Shown here in pieces: positions 29,876 through 39,116 of a stretch of 64,000 nucleotides of DNA. The translations under genes were made by a program, and so were the position numbers. Position 1 is the first letter of the stretch. Every line of letters begins with the position of its first letter. The stretch is from contig JAQWNJ010000017.1 in NCBI GenBank assembly GCA_029268695.1, positions 56,521-120,520 of the forward strand, given 5' to 3'. The DNA comes from Bacteroidia bacterium (GTDB taxonomy: Bacteria > Bacteroidota > Bacteroidia > NS11-12g > UBA9320). The notes below the pieces were generated by a model, which was not told the origin of the DNA, did no database searches, and was given only the letters and a program-made list of their open reading frames with translations.

Positions 29876-30007
29876 GCTGTTATATTATAATAAGCTGATA
29901 TAATATTAAGTTATTACGCTTAAGACTGTCAAAATTATTAAGCTCTGTAAAATTTCCTAGTAATAGAATAGACAATTAAAATTATTAACAAACAATCAAA
30001 AAATGTT

Positions 30008-30175
30008 TGTGGAACGTTGATAACCTAAATATAATCTTGTAAACAACTTATAATCAGAGTGATTTTATCAACACAGCTTTAAACATCACCTTAAAGTTTC
30101 ACGATATTACTCTATAATTTACTCATATATTTTTATTATAAAAAGCTGATAATCAATTACTTTATAGTTATCAAC
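30008..30175. promoter_or_regulatory. Cluster of DnaA-box-like motifs (TTATCAACA variants) beside an AT-rich tract in the dnaB-clpC intergenic region
   Basis: TTATCAACA at 30065-30073 (+), TTATCAAC at 30168-30175 (+), GTTGATAAC (reverse complement TTATCAAC) at 30016-30024, weaker TGATAATCA at 30147-30155; AT tract 30120-30145. Confidence 0.35.
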
Positions 30176-30286
30176 TTGAAAGTACCAAACAACTCAATTT
30201 GCAAAAATTGAAAGGACGTTTAAATCATAAATTGTAAAAAAATAGTAAAGGATTTGAATTGATGACATGAGACACTTTTTTGGTCT

Positions 30287-30294
30287 TATATTTG
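30287..30294 (+). promoter_or_regulatory. Candidate Bacteroidota sigma-A -7 element (TATATTTG) upstream of clpC
   Basis: Matches TAnnTTTG; 15 nt upstream of the clpC ATG at 30310; no well-spaced -33 TTTG, so weak. Confidence 0.25.
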
Positions 30295-30309
30295 TTATAT
30301 TCATATAAA

Positions 30310-32823
30310 ATGGAGGCACAATTTTCACCAGGAGTAAAAGAAGTAATACAATTTAGTCGTGAAGAAGCTATACGATTAGGTCACAGCTATATAGGTACTG
30401 AACACCTTTTATTAGGACTGATTAGACAAGGCGACGGTAAAGCAATAAGACACTTAAAAGGTATGGGTATTGATATGCTCAGACTCAAAAAAGCAATTGA
30501 AGACAGCATCAGAGACACTACAAATAAAACCTCCAATATTGGAAATATTCCACTAACTAAACAAGCCGAAAAAGCTCTGAAAATCACCTACTTAGAAGCT
30601 AAAATTTTTAAAGATGATGTCATAAGAACAGAACACTTATTGCTCTCCATATTAAGAGATGAAGATAACGTGGCTTCTCAAATACTCAACCAATTTGGTG
30701 TCGATTACGATTTATTTAAAAATGCAATGGAGGATAAATTTCCAGATGCATCAATCGAGATGAGTAGTGATTCACCTGAAGAATTTTACCAAGAAGAATC
30801 AGAAAAATCCACCCCACCACAAAGCAAACCCAAATCCAAAAGCAAAACTCCTGTACTAGACAATTTTGGGAAAGATTTGACCAAATTGGCAGAAGCTGAC
30901 AAATTGGATGCAATTGTAGGTCGAGAGAAAGAAATTGAACGGGTTTCTCAAATCTTAAGTAGAAGGAAAAAGAACAACCCAGTACTTATTGGAGAACCCG
31001 GTGTAGGAAAAACAGCTATTGCTGAAGGTTTAGCACTTCGTATCTCACAAAGAAAAGTCTCAAGGGTCTTATTCGATAAAAGAGTCGTAACACTTGATTT
31101 GGCAAGCCTTGTTGCGGGCACTAAATACAGAGGACAATTTGAAGAACGGATGAAAGCTGTCATGACTGAACTTGAAAAGACAGACAATGTCATTCTTTTT
31201 ATTGACGAAATACACACCATTGTCGGTGCTGGGGGAGCAAGTGGATCATTGGATGCATCTAATATGTTCAAACCAGCCCTTGCACGTGGAGAAATTCAAT
31301 GTATTGGTGCTACTACATTGGACGAATATCGCCAATACATTGAAAAAGACGGTGCACTAGAACGAAGATTTCAAAGTGTAATGGTTGAACCTACCTCATC
31401 AGAAGAAACACTTGAAATACTTGAAAACATAAAAACTAAATATGAAGATCATCACAGTGTAGAATATACCCCCGAAGCCCTCGATGCTGCTGTAAAAATG
31501 AGTGTCCGTTACATTACTGACCGTCATTTACCTGATAAGGCTATTGATGTGCTTGACGAAGTTGGTGCTCGTGTTCATTTAAGTAATATACATGTTCCAC
31601 AAAACATTTTAGAACTCGAAAAGAAAATTGAAGAAATTAAAGAAAATAAAAATCGTGTCGTAAAAAGTCAAAAATATGAAGAAGCTGCTCGACTTCGTGA
31701 CGAAGAAAAATCGTTGCTTGAAAACTTAGAAGACGAAAAAGTACAATGGGAAGAAGATAGTAAAACCCAACGATACAAAGTCAAAGAAGATGACGTAGCA
31801 GACGTAATTGCTATGATGACTGGTATACCTACCAAACGCATCGCTCAAAAAGAAGGAAACCGTCTCCTTAAAATGGGAGAAGAATTAAAAGGAAGTGTAA
31901 TTGGTCAAGATCAGGCTGTTGCTAAACTAACCAAAGCCATTCAACGAACAAGAGCTGGATTAAAAGCACCTAATAAACCCATTGGATCATTCATCTTCCT
32001 TGGAAGCACAGGTGTAGGTAAGACAGAAATGGCCAAAACACTCGCTAAATACTTGTTTGATTCTAAAGAAGCACTCATGAGAATTGATATGAGTGAATAC
32101 ATGGAAAAGTTTGCAGTATCCAGACTTGTTGGAGCTCCTCCAGGATACGTAGGTTACGAAGAAGGAGGCATTCTTACTGAAAAAATTAGGAGAAAACCAT
32201 ACGCTGTGATTCTTTTTGATGAGATTGAAAAAGCTCATCCTGATGTATTCAATCTCCTTCTTCAGGTATTGGATGAGGGTTTTTTAACAGATAGTCTGGG
32301 AAGAAAAGTTGATTTTAGAAATACAATTATCATCATGACCTCAAATATTGGGTCAAGACAACTCAAAGAATTTGGTGCTGGGGTTGGATTTGGAACAAAT
32401 GCCAAAATTCAAGCTTCTGATTTAAATTCCAAAGGTGTGATTGAAAATGCATTAAAACGCTTCTTCTCACCTGAATTTTTAAACAGAATTGATGATGTCA
32501 TTGTATTCAACTCTCTTGAAAAAGAACACATCCAACAGATACTAGAGTTATCATTAGAAGAATTAATCTCCCGAATTAAACAAATCGGGTTTAATATTAA
32601 ATTGGATAAAGAGGCAAAAAGATACCTAGCCGAGAAAGGATTTGATTCTGATTTTGGTGCTCGTCCGCTCAACAGAGCCATACAAAAATATTTAGAAGAC
32701 CCATTAGCGGAAGAAATTCTAAAATCCGACATCAATGAAGGCGACTTGATTCATGTTAAATACAGTAAAAAGCAAAACAAACTTGTCTTCAAAAAAGAAA
32801 AAGCTCCTGAAAAAGATAAATAG
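30310..32823 (+). CDS. clpC: ATP-dependent Clp protease ATP-binding subunit ClpC
   Basis: Two N-terminal Clp_N repeats, two AAA+ modules (GEPGVGKT; GSTGVGKT), short UVR-like linker (KYEEAARLRDEEK) rather than a ClpB coiled coil, ClpP-docking GVGFG loop. Start taken at MEAQFSP (track 30280). Confidence 0.85.
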   Translation: MEAQFSPGVKEVIQFSREEAIRLGHSYIGTEHLLLGLIRQGDGKAIRHLKGMGIDMLRLKKAIEDSIRDTTNKTSNIGNIPLTKQAEKALKITYLEAKIFKDDVIRTEHLLLSILRDEDNVASQILNQFGVDYDLFKNAMEDKFPDASIEMSSDSPEEFYQEESEKSTPPQSKPKSKSKTPVLDNFGKDLTKLAEADKLDAIVGREKEIERVSQILSRRKKNNPVLIGEPGVGKTAIAEGLALRISQRKVSRVLFDKRVVTLDLASLVAGTKYRGQFEERMKAVMTELEKTDNVILFIDEIHTIVGAGGASGSLDASNMFKPALARGEIQCIGATTLDEYRQYIEKDGALERRFQSVMVEPTSSEETLEILENIKTKYEDHHSVEYTPEALDAAVKMSVRYITDRHLPDKAIDVLDEVGARVHLSNIHVPQNILELEKKIEEIKENKNRVVKSQKYEEAARLRDEEKSLLENLEDEKVQWEEDSKTQRYKVKEDDVADVIAMMTGIPTKRIAQKEGNRLLKMGEELKGSVIGQDQAVAKLTKAIQRTRAGLKAPNKPIGSFIFLGSTGVGKTEMAKTLAKYLFDSKEALMRIDMSEYMEKFAVSRLVGAPPGYVGYEEGGILTEKIRRKPYAVILFDEIEKAHPDVFNLLLQVLDEGFLTDSLGRKVDFRNTIIIMTSNIGSRQLKEFGAGVGFGTNAKIQASDLNSKGVIENALKRFFSPEFLNRIDDVIVFNSLEKEHIQQILELSLEELISRIKQIGFNIKLDKEAKRYLAEKGFDSDFGARPLNRAIQKYLEDPLAEEILKSDINEGDLIHVKYSKKQNKLVFKKEKAPEKDK

Positions 32824-32961
32824 GTCTCTTTCGTTGCATTATTTTTTCTTTGCTTCATTCTGCTACTGACATATTTTAATTGAATTTATTATAAAGTATA
32901 ACCAATAGCCTTTAACCAAAAAACTAGGTTAAATAACTCCTATTCCATTAAATTTGCCACC

Positions 32962-33489
32962 ATGGAAATAGGATCAAATCTCTTTAAATTTAGTCTAAAA
33001 GGAACCAATAACAGAACCTACAACAACTTTACGTTTGCTGACAGAACAGCTCTAGTAATTGTTGTGACTTGTAATCACTGTCCATATGCCCGTGCATATT
33101 GGAGTCGGTTAATCAAACTTTATAATAAATTCGAGGAGGATAATCTAGGGATTCTAGCAGTCAATGCTAACGATGCCGAAGCATATCCCGCAGACTCGTT
33201 TAGTGCGATGAAAGACCTTCACATGCAACTTAGACTCCCTTTTCCTTATCTTCATGACGAAACTCAAAAAGTCACTAAAAAATTAAAGGCAACAAGAACA
33301 CCAGAAGTTTTTGTTTACAACAGTAAACGGAAATTAGTTTACAAAGGAGCTATTGATGATAATTGGGAAAATGAAAGTATGGTTACACGAGTTTTCTTGG
33401 AGGATGCTATCGAATATACACTGGATGGCATGGAGCCAGATTATGCAGAAATACCTGCTGTAGGATGCAGTGTAAAATGGAAAAAGTAA
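32962..33489 (+). CDS. Thioredoxin-fold protein (redoxin/TlpA-like, CxxC = CNHC)
   Basis: LVIVVTCNHCPY motif in a thioredoxin-like fold, 175 aa, no signal peptide. Confidence 0.55.
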   Translation: MEIGSNLFKFSLKGTNNRTYNNFTFADRTALVIVVTCNHCPYARAYWSRLIKLYNKFEEDNLGILAVNANDAEAYPADSFSAMKDLHMQLRLPFPYLHDETQKVTKKLKATRTPEVFVYNSKRKLVYKGAIDDNWENESMVTRVFLEDAIEYTLDGMEPDYAEIPAVGCSVKWKK

Positions 33490-33495
33490 TTTTAT

Positions 33496-34314
33496 ATGGA
33501 TTCGCTAAAAGGTAAAAATATTATAATTACTGGAGCTTCCTCTGGTATTGGTAAAGCATTAACTATTGAAGCATCCAAATGTGGGGCTAATCTTGTATTG
33601 GCTGCAAGACGAATAGAAAAGCTTCAAGAATTAAAATCTACAATAACAACACCTTCATCAAACATTTTTTGTATTCAAACTGATGTAACCAAGCAGCAGG
33701 AATGCGAGAATTTAATTCGAATAACTAAAGAAAAACTTGGAAGTATTGACGTACTCATTAATAATGCAGGTATATCTATGCGAGCAGCATTTGATGAAGT
33801 TGAAACAAGTGTACTGGAAGAAATAATGAAAGTAAATTTTTGGGGTACGGTGTATTGTTCAAGAGCAGCTATATCATCACTATTAAAAAGTAAAGGAAGT
33901 TTGGTAGCAGTTTCCTCGGTTACAGGTTTCAAAGGGCTACCCGGAAGAACAGGCTATGCATCCTCTAAATTTGCCATTAATGGGCTCTTTGAAAGTATCC
34001 GAATGGAATATATGAACAGAGGGTTACACACACTGATAGCTTGTCCAGGATTTACTGCAAGTGAAATACGTTACAATGCACTAACTTTTGACGGATCTAA
34101 GCAAAAAGATAGTCCAGGAAATGAATCTGAAATGGATAATGCTTCAGACGTTGCCTTGGATTTATTGCAAGCGATAAGAGACCGTAAAGACTTTATGCTC
34201 ACTAACAAACAAGGTAAAATCATTTATTGGGTTAATAAATTTTTTCCAAAATTTCTAGAAAAAAGAATCCATAAAGCAATTGCTAAAGAACCCAATTCAC
34301 CTATCAAAAATTGA
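33496..34314 (+). CDS. SDR-family short-chain dehydrogenase/reductase
   Basis: TGASSGIGKAL Rossmann motif, NNAG, catalytic YxxxK (YASSK). Confidence 0.85.
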   Translation: MDSLKGKNIIITGASSGIGKALTIEASKCGANLVLAARRIEKLQELKSTITTPSSNIFCIQTDVTKQQECENLIRITKEKLGSIDVLINNAGISMRAAFDEVETSVLEEIMKVNFWGTVYCSRAAISSLLKSKGSLVAVSSVTGFKGLPGRTGYASSKFAINGLFESIRMEYMNRGLHTLIACPGFTASEIRYNALTFDGSKQKDSPGNESEMDNASDVALDLLQAIRDRKDFMLTNKQGKIIYWVNKFFPKFLEKRIHKAIAKEPNSPIKN

Positions 34315-36077
34315 TGAATATATTGACGACACTGGTTGAAAAAACACAAGAAGCAATCACTCAACTCTATGGGTTAAGTGACACTAATATTAGTTTTGAA
34401 CAGACCAATTCAAAATTTGATGGAGACCTAACGTTTGTTGTGTTTCCCTACCTTAAACACAGTAAAAAGAGACCTGAAGATACTGCAAAAGAAATAGGAG
34501 ATTATATCTTCAATAAAATGAAAGCAATTAAATCTTTCAATGTTGTTAAAGGATTTTTGAATATTGAATTCAGTGATGATTACTGGCTAAATGTTTTACA
34601 AAGTAGAATTGATCATGGCATTCAAATTCCTGAAATTGGCGTAAATAAAAAAATTGTTGTAGAATATTCATCTCCCAATACCAATAAACCTCTTCACCTC
34701 GGCCATATTAGAAACAATGTATTGGGTTTTTCCATTTGTCAGATTTTTGATGCAGTAGGCTACGACGTTGTTAAAAATAATTTGGTTAACGATCGAGGCA
34801 TCCATATATGCAAGAGCATGGTCGCTTATGAGAAATGGGGAAATAACGAAACTCCACAATCTGCTGGTCTAAAAGGTGATCATTTGATTGGTAAGTACTA
34901 TGTAATGTTTGATCAATATTATCAAAAAGAAGTAAAAGATTTAATCTCAAAAGGAGTTGATAAAGATGAGGCTAAAGAAAAATCATCGCTCATGATGGAA
35001 ACTCGAAATATGCTCCAAAAGTGGGAAAATGGAGATCAGGAAGTATTTACACTATGGACAAAATTGAATAATTGGGTATATGAAGGTTTTGAGAGTACCT
35101 ACAATCGACTCGGGGTTAACTTTGATAAAATATACTATGAGTCCAACACCTATCTCCTAGGAAAAGAAATTGTCCAAGAAGGCTTAGATTCTGGTATATT
35201 TTTTAAAAAAGAAGATGGTAGTATTTGGATAGACCTCACACCAGAGGGACTGGATGAAAAGATTGTTCAACGTTCTGACGGCACCTCTGTATATATTACT
35301 CAAGATATAGGTACTGCAGACTTAAAATACCAAGAATTTAAAATGGATAAGTTTGTCTATGTTGTTGGAAATGAACAAGATTACCATTTCAAAGTACTCC
35401 AACTCATTCTCAAAAGATTAGGAAAATCATATGCTGATGGCTTATACCATTTAAGTTATGGCATGGTAGATCTCCCAGAGGGTAAGATGAAAAGCCGTGA
35501 AGGAACTGTAGTTGATGCAGATGAATTAATGGATAAAGTTGTAGCAACTGCAAAAAAACAAACAGAGGAACTGGGAAAAACCGATGGAATGAGTTCAAAA
35601 GAACTTGATGAATTATATGAAGTATTAGGTTTAGGTGCACTCAAATATTATTTACTTAAAGTAGATGCTAAAAAAAGAATGATGTATGATCCTAAAGAAT
35701 CTATTGATTTTCAAGGCAATACAGCACCGTTCATACAGTATACCTATACAAGAATAGCATCGCTATTAAGAGCAGCTGATAAGGTAAATTTTAGTCTTCC
35801 TATTACATTTCATTCGATAGAAAAAGAATTAATAAAACAACTCAATGCATATCCTGAGGTAATAACATCAGCTGCAAATAATTATAATCCCTCAGAAGTC
35901 GCGAATGCTATTTATGATCTTGCTAAAACATTTAATAAGTTTTACCATGAATTAACTATACTTGGAGAGCTGGATAGCAATACAAGAAGTTTCAGAATAT
36001 CGCTCTCGAAAACAGTTGGCGAAACGATCAAACATGGATTTGGTTTACTTGGAATACAAGTGCCCGAAAGAATGTAA
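34311..36077 (+). CDS. argS: Arginine--tRNA ligase
   Basis: HIGH motif as PLHLGHIRN, KMKS as GKMKSREG, 588 aa. Confidence 0.9.
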   Translation: MMNILTTLVEKTQEAITQLYGLSDTNISFEQTNSKFDGDLTFVVFPYLKHSKKRPEDTAKEIGDYIFNKMKAIKSFNVVKGFLNIEFSDDYWLNVLQSRIDHGIQIPEIGVNKKIVVEYSSPNTNKPLHLGHIRNNVLGFSICQIFDAVGYDVVKNNLVNDRGIHICKSMVAYEKWGNNETPQSAGLKGDHLIGKYYVMFDQYYQKEVKDLISKGVDKDEAKEKSSLMMETRNMLQKWENGDQEVFTLWTKLNNWVYEGFESTYNRLGVNFDKIYYESNTYLLGKEIVQEGLDSGIFFKKEDGSIWIDLTPEGLDEKIVQRSDGTSVYITQDIGTADLKYQEFKMDKFVYVVGNEQDYHFKVLQLILKRLGKSYADGLYHLSYGMVDLPEGKMKSREGTVVDADELMDKVVATAKKQTEELGKTDGMSSKELDELYEVLGLGALKYYLLKVDAKKRMMYDPKESIDFQGNTAPFIQYTYTRIASLLRAADKVNFSLPITFHSIEKELIKQLNAYPEVITSAANNYNPSEVANAIYDLAKTFNKFYHELTILGELDSNTRSFRISLSKTVGETIKHGFGLLGIQVPERM

Positions 36078-36094
36078 AAATGAGGACCGATTAA

Positions 36095-38935
36095 TTATTT
36101 AATCTTCAGACTATACCCAATCTTAAAAGTTCTTTGAGCTTGACGCTGAGTAAAAATTTGATCTTCAGCATTATATCCACGATATACTTGAACTGGAATA
36201 TCGTTTAGGATATTTGTTACAGCAAAAGATAATTGTGATCTTTTTTCTTTTCCAAGCGAGTAGGATGACTTGAAATTTAAACTATGAAAAGACTCCGTAT
36301 AAATATCTGGCAAACGTCCAATTCCTACAATCGATAATTTAGGCCCTTGAACATTATAGGATAGGTTGGCAATAAAACCAGATTCTCTGTTATCATAATT
36401 CATCCCTACATTAATGATATAGGGAGCTTGACCCTGCATCTCTCTCTTGTCAGCAAGAGTTTGTCCTTCTCGTAATTCATTCATTTTTCCAATTCTCTCA
36501 TTAGGGGTCATTTCTACTTGTGATAGTATGTAAGAAAAATTACTAACTAATGAGAGTTTATCCGACAAGAAAGAAAGCGACTTTCTGATTTCTAACTCTG
36601 CACCGTATATGTCCGCACTCACTGCATTTCTAGGAGTAAAGTTGGTTGGCGTCTCCGGTTTATAGACAACGATCTCAATTGGATTATTAAAATGTTTGTA
36701 GAATCCACTCACAGAAATTAATTCTCCTCTTTTCATGAATTTCTCAAAACGTATATCAAGATTGGTTATTTCAGTCTGTTCCAAATCTAGATTACCAATA
36801 AATGTTCTTCCAGAAATTGGATCATAAATTTGAGCCAATGATTTTTCCTTAAAGGACGGTCTTGCAATCGTTTGTGATGCAGCCAATCTTATGTTAACAT
36901 CTGATGTTGCTCTGAAAACAAAACTTGCAGAAGGTAAAACATTAAATTCGTTTAGTACATTTTCATTGGAGTAAACCTCATTATTTGTATTTTCTCCCGT
37001 GTAAAACATATCAGCTTTTTCAACTCTTAACCCGTAAATTGCAGTTGATCTTGAACCTATGGGGAGCTCATTCATTGCATAAGCACCCATGACATTCATT
37101 GAAGAAATAAACTCATTTGACTTGATGGGTTCTCCAAAAACTGCATATCCTCGATCTGATTCAGCTTTGTAAAGGTATTCGTCAAATATCTGATTAGGAT
37201 CACCATTCAAATTAAAGCTACCAATCGGCTGGAATACATATTGTAAAACCCCAAAATCACGATGCTTATAATTGTGAGCTATTCCAAATTTCAACTTAGA
37301 AACTTTGCTATTTCCTAAGAAAATTTTTCGTTCTGCATCAAACTTACTATTGATATTCTTCTCACTTAGATTACGATAAAGTCTTTTAATTTCTGAGCCG
37401 GCACCCACATTAAATTTATAACCATCCTCGCCAACAGAGAGGGCTGTTATCTTCATATCGGGCTCATAATTAGTAGAAATTGATGGAGATAGTTTAGTTA
37501 TAAATTTCCAAGCTGAATCTTTCTTAAACTCATGCTTAAAGAACAAATTAGTAAGTGTTCGCTGATTGTAGTATAAGATTGTTCTGTCTAACGTAGCTCC
37601 AGCATCACCAAAAGGATTAGCAACATTCTCATATAATAGTTTAGATGATTTTTTTACCCCATTTCTTGTGTGAAAAATAGAAGTACTGAAACTATGCTTA
37701 CCTGATTTAATTGAACCATTAGCGAGTGTGCTCCACAATACTTCATTTTCACCTACACTACCATTGTTCTTTTCAGCTAGGGTTAGCTCATTCACTAATT
37801 TATCTTCATTTCTCAAATACGTTTGAAAAATCACATTATCGTAATAATTAAAATTATTACTATAACCTGTTGCTACATTAAACCCATAGGTCTTATTTTT
37901 TTTGTTATACTGATTACCGTAGTCCAACGAAAAAGAGGTGTTTAACATACTTGTTTGAGACATCACGTCCATATTTTTATTGAAGGCATTCGCATTCCTC
38001 TCCGCTCGTTGAGCACCTCCTCCTGATTGTGTATACTCAGACTTTGGTATAACTTTAGGTTCAGAAAAGGGAAGGCTTCTAGATGATTTTCCAAATGCTA
38101 ATAAATCCGCGTTGGTGGATTCATAGCTCAAATAATTTGAATTCAAATTCATCGCTGGATTAAAACCAAGACTTAGTGAAATACTCATAGCTTCTTTAGA
38201 CTGAAAGTCTTTGGTTTGAATATCTACCCAACCACCAGTAAAATCTCCTGCCAAATTTGGAGTAAAGCTTTTTAGGATTACTATATTGTCAATAAGATTT
38301 GTTGGGAAAATATCCATTTGCACAGTATTCTTATCCGGATCTAGTCCAGGAATTTCCATACCGTTTAGGACAGTTTTAGTGTATCGATCGCCTAATCCTC
38401 TAATAAAAAGATATTTACCTCCATCAACACTAACGCCAGTAACCCTACTAGCTGCACTGGCTGCGTCTCCATCTCCAGCTTTTTTGAAAGCTTGTGCAGA
38501 GACCCCATCCATTAAATTGACAGATTTTTTCTGAGCAACAATCAGTGCATTTTCGGAGTTTGTTGCTTTTTTGACACGAATAGTTACACCGCCTTTTACA
38601 GCATCTTGGGCTTGAATACCTATTTTGATAATTCCTAAATCAACAACTTCTCCCTCGACAAGATTAACATTAGATATGATTTTGGTATCATAACCCATTA
38701 ATTTGATTTGAATGTCATGAGACCCTACTAGGAAACTTGCGGTAAAATTCCCTTCTGTATCAGAATATCCTCCGCCATTTGATGTAGGTGATGTAATCGT
38801 GGCACTCACAAGTGGTTCACCATTTGAAATATCTAGAATCTTGCCCGTAACTTCAGCTCTCTGTACTTTTAGAGTCATTTGTGCCTTCACATAAAAAGAT
38901 AGCAAAATGAATATAAAAGTGATTGATTTTTTCAT
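36095..38935 (-). CDS. TonB-dependent outer-membrane receptor with N-terminal carboxypeptidase-regulatory-like domain
   Basis: Signal peptide, CarbopepD_reg-like beta-sandwich (ITSPTSNGGGYSDTEGNF), plug-like region (VDGGKYLFIRGLGDRYTKTVLNGMEIP), long beta-barrel; 946 aa. Confidence 0.75.
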   Translation of the reverse strand: MKKSITFIFILLSFYVKAQMTLKVQRAEVTGKILDISNGEPLVSATITSPTSNGGGYSDTEGNFTASFLVGSHDIQIKLMGYDTKIISNVNLVEGEVVDLGIIKIGIQAQDAVKGGVTIRVKKATNSENALIVAQKKSVNLMDGVSAQAFKKAGDGDAASAASRVTGVSVDGGKYLFIRGLGDRYTKTVLNGMEIPGLDPDKNTVQMDIFPTNLIDNIVILKSFTPNLAGDFTGGWVDIQTKDFQSKEAMSISLSLGFNPAMNLNSNYLSYESTNADLLAFGKSSRSLPFSEPKVIPKSEYTQSGGGAQRAERNANAFNKNMDVMSQTSMLNTSFSLDYGNQYNKKNKTYGFNVATGYSNNFNYYDNVIFQTYLRNEDKLVNELTLAEKNNGSVGENEVLWSTLANGSIKSGKHSFSTSIFHTRNGVKKSSKLLYENVANPFGDAGATLDRTILYYNQRTLTNLFFKHEFKKDSAWKFITKLSPSISTNYEPDMKITALSVGEDGYKFNVGAGSEIKRLYRNLSEKNINSKFDAERKIFLGNSKVSKLKFGIAHNYKHRDFGVLQYVFQPIGSFNLNGDPNQIFDEYLYKAESDRGYAVFGEPIKSNEFISSMNVMGAYAMNELPIGSRSTAIYGLRVEKADMFYTGENTNNEVYSNENVLNEFNVLPSASFVFRATSDVNIRLAASQTIARPSFKEKSLAQIYDPISGRTFIGNLDLEQTEITNLDIRFEKFMKRGELISVSGFYKHFNNPIEIVVYKPETPTNFTPRNAVSADIYGAELEIRKSLSFLSDKLSLVSNFSYILSQVEMTPNERIGKMNELREGQTLADKREMQGQAPYIINVGMNYDNRESGFIANLSYNVQGPKLSIVGIGRLPDIYTESFHSLNFKSSYSLGKEKRSQLSFAVTNILNDIPVQVYRGYNAEDQIFTQRQAQRTFKIGYSLKIK

Positions 38936-39051
38936 TTGTTTGTATAAATTCTACACTGCAATGTTCAAATGGGAAGGTTATCTAAATGTTAACTAATTAT
39001 TATAGAATTTCTTGTGTATAATTTGTTAAATCTCTTCAGAATTAATATTAC

Positions 39052-39083
39052 AAAAAAAGCACCGCAATTCCTGCGATGCTTTT
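39052..39083 (-). terminator. Candidate rho-independent terminator downstream of the lipoprotein gene (between it and the TBDR gene)
   Basis: A7 - GCACCGCA - ATTCC - TGCGATGC - T4 on the plus strand (one C.A mismatch in the stem); the minus-strand transcript gets a U7 tail. Confidence 0.4.
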
Positions 39084-39116
39084 GAAAAATGAATAGATTT
39101 ATTAATTGTTACTTAG

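Noticed and set aside
29876-30279. Considered a small ncRNA or tRNA in the 400-bp dnaB-clpC gap
   Set aside because: No tRNA-like T-loop (GGTTCGAATCC-type) or conserved ncRNA motif; the AT tract and DnaA-box-like repeats are better explained as an origin or regulatory region.
30716-32735. Multiple short antisense ORFs inside clpC
   Set aside because: Embedded in a highly conserved AAA+ gene; spurious.
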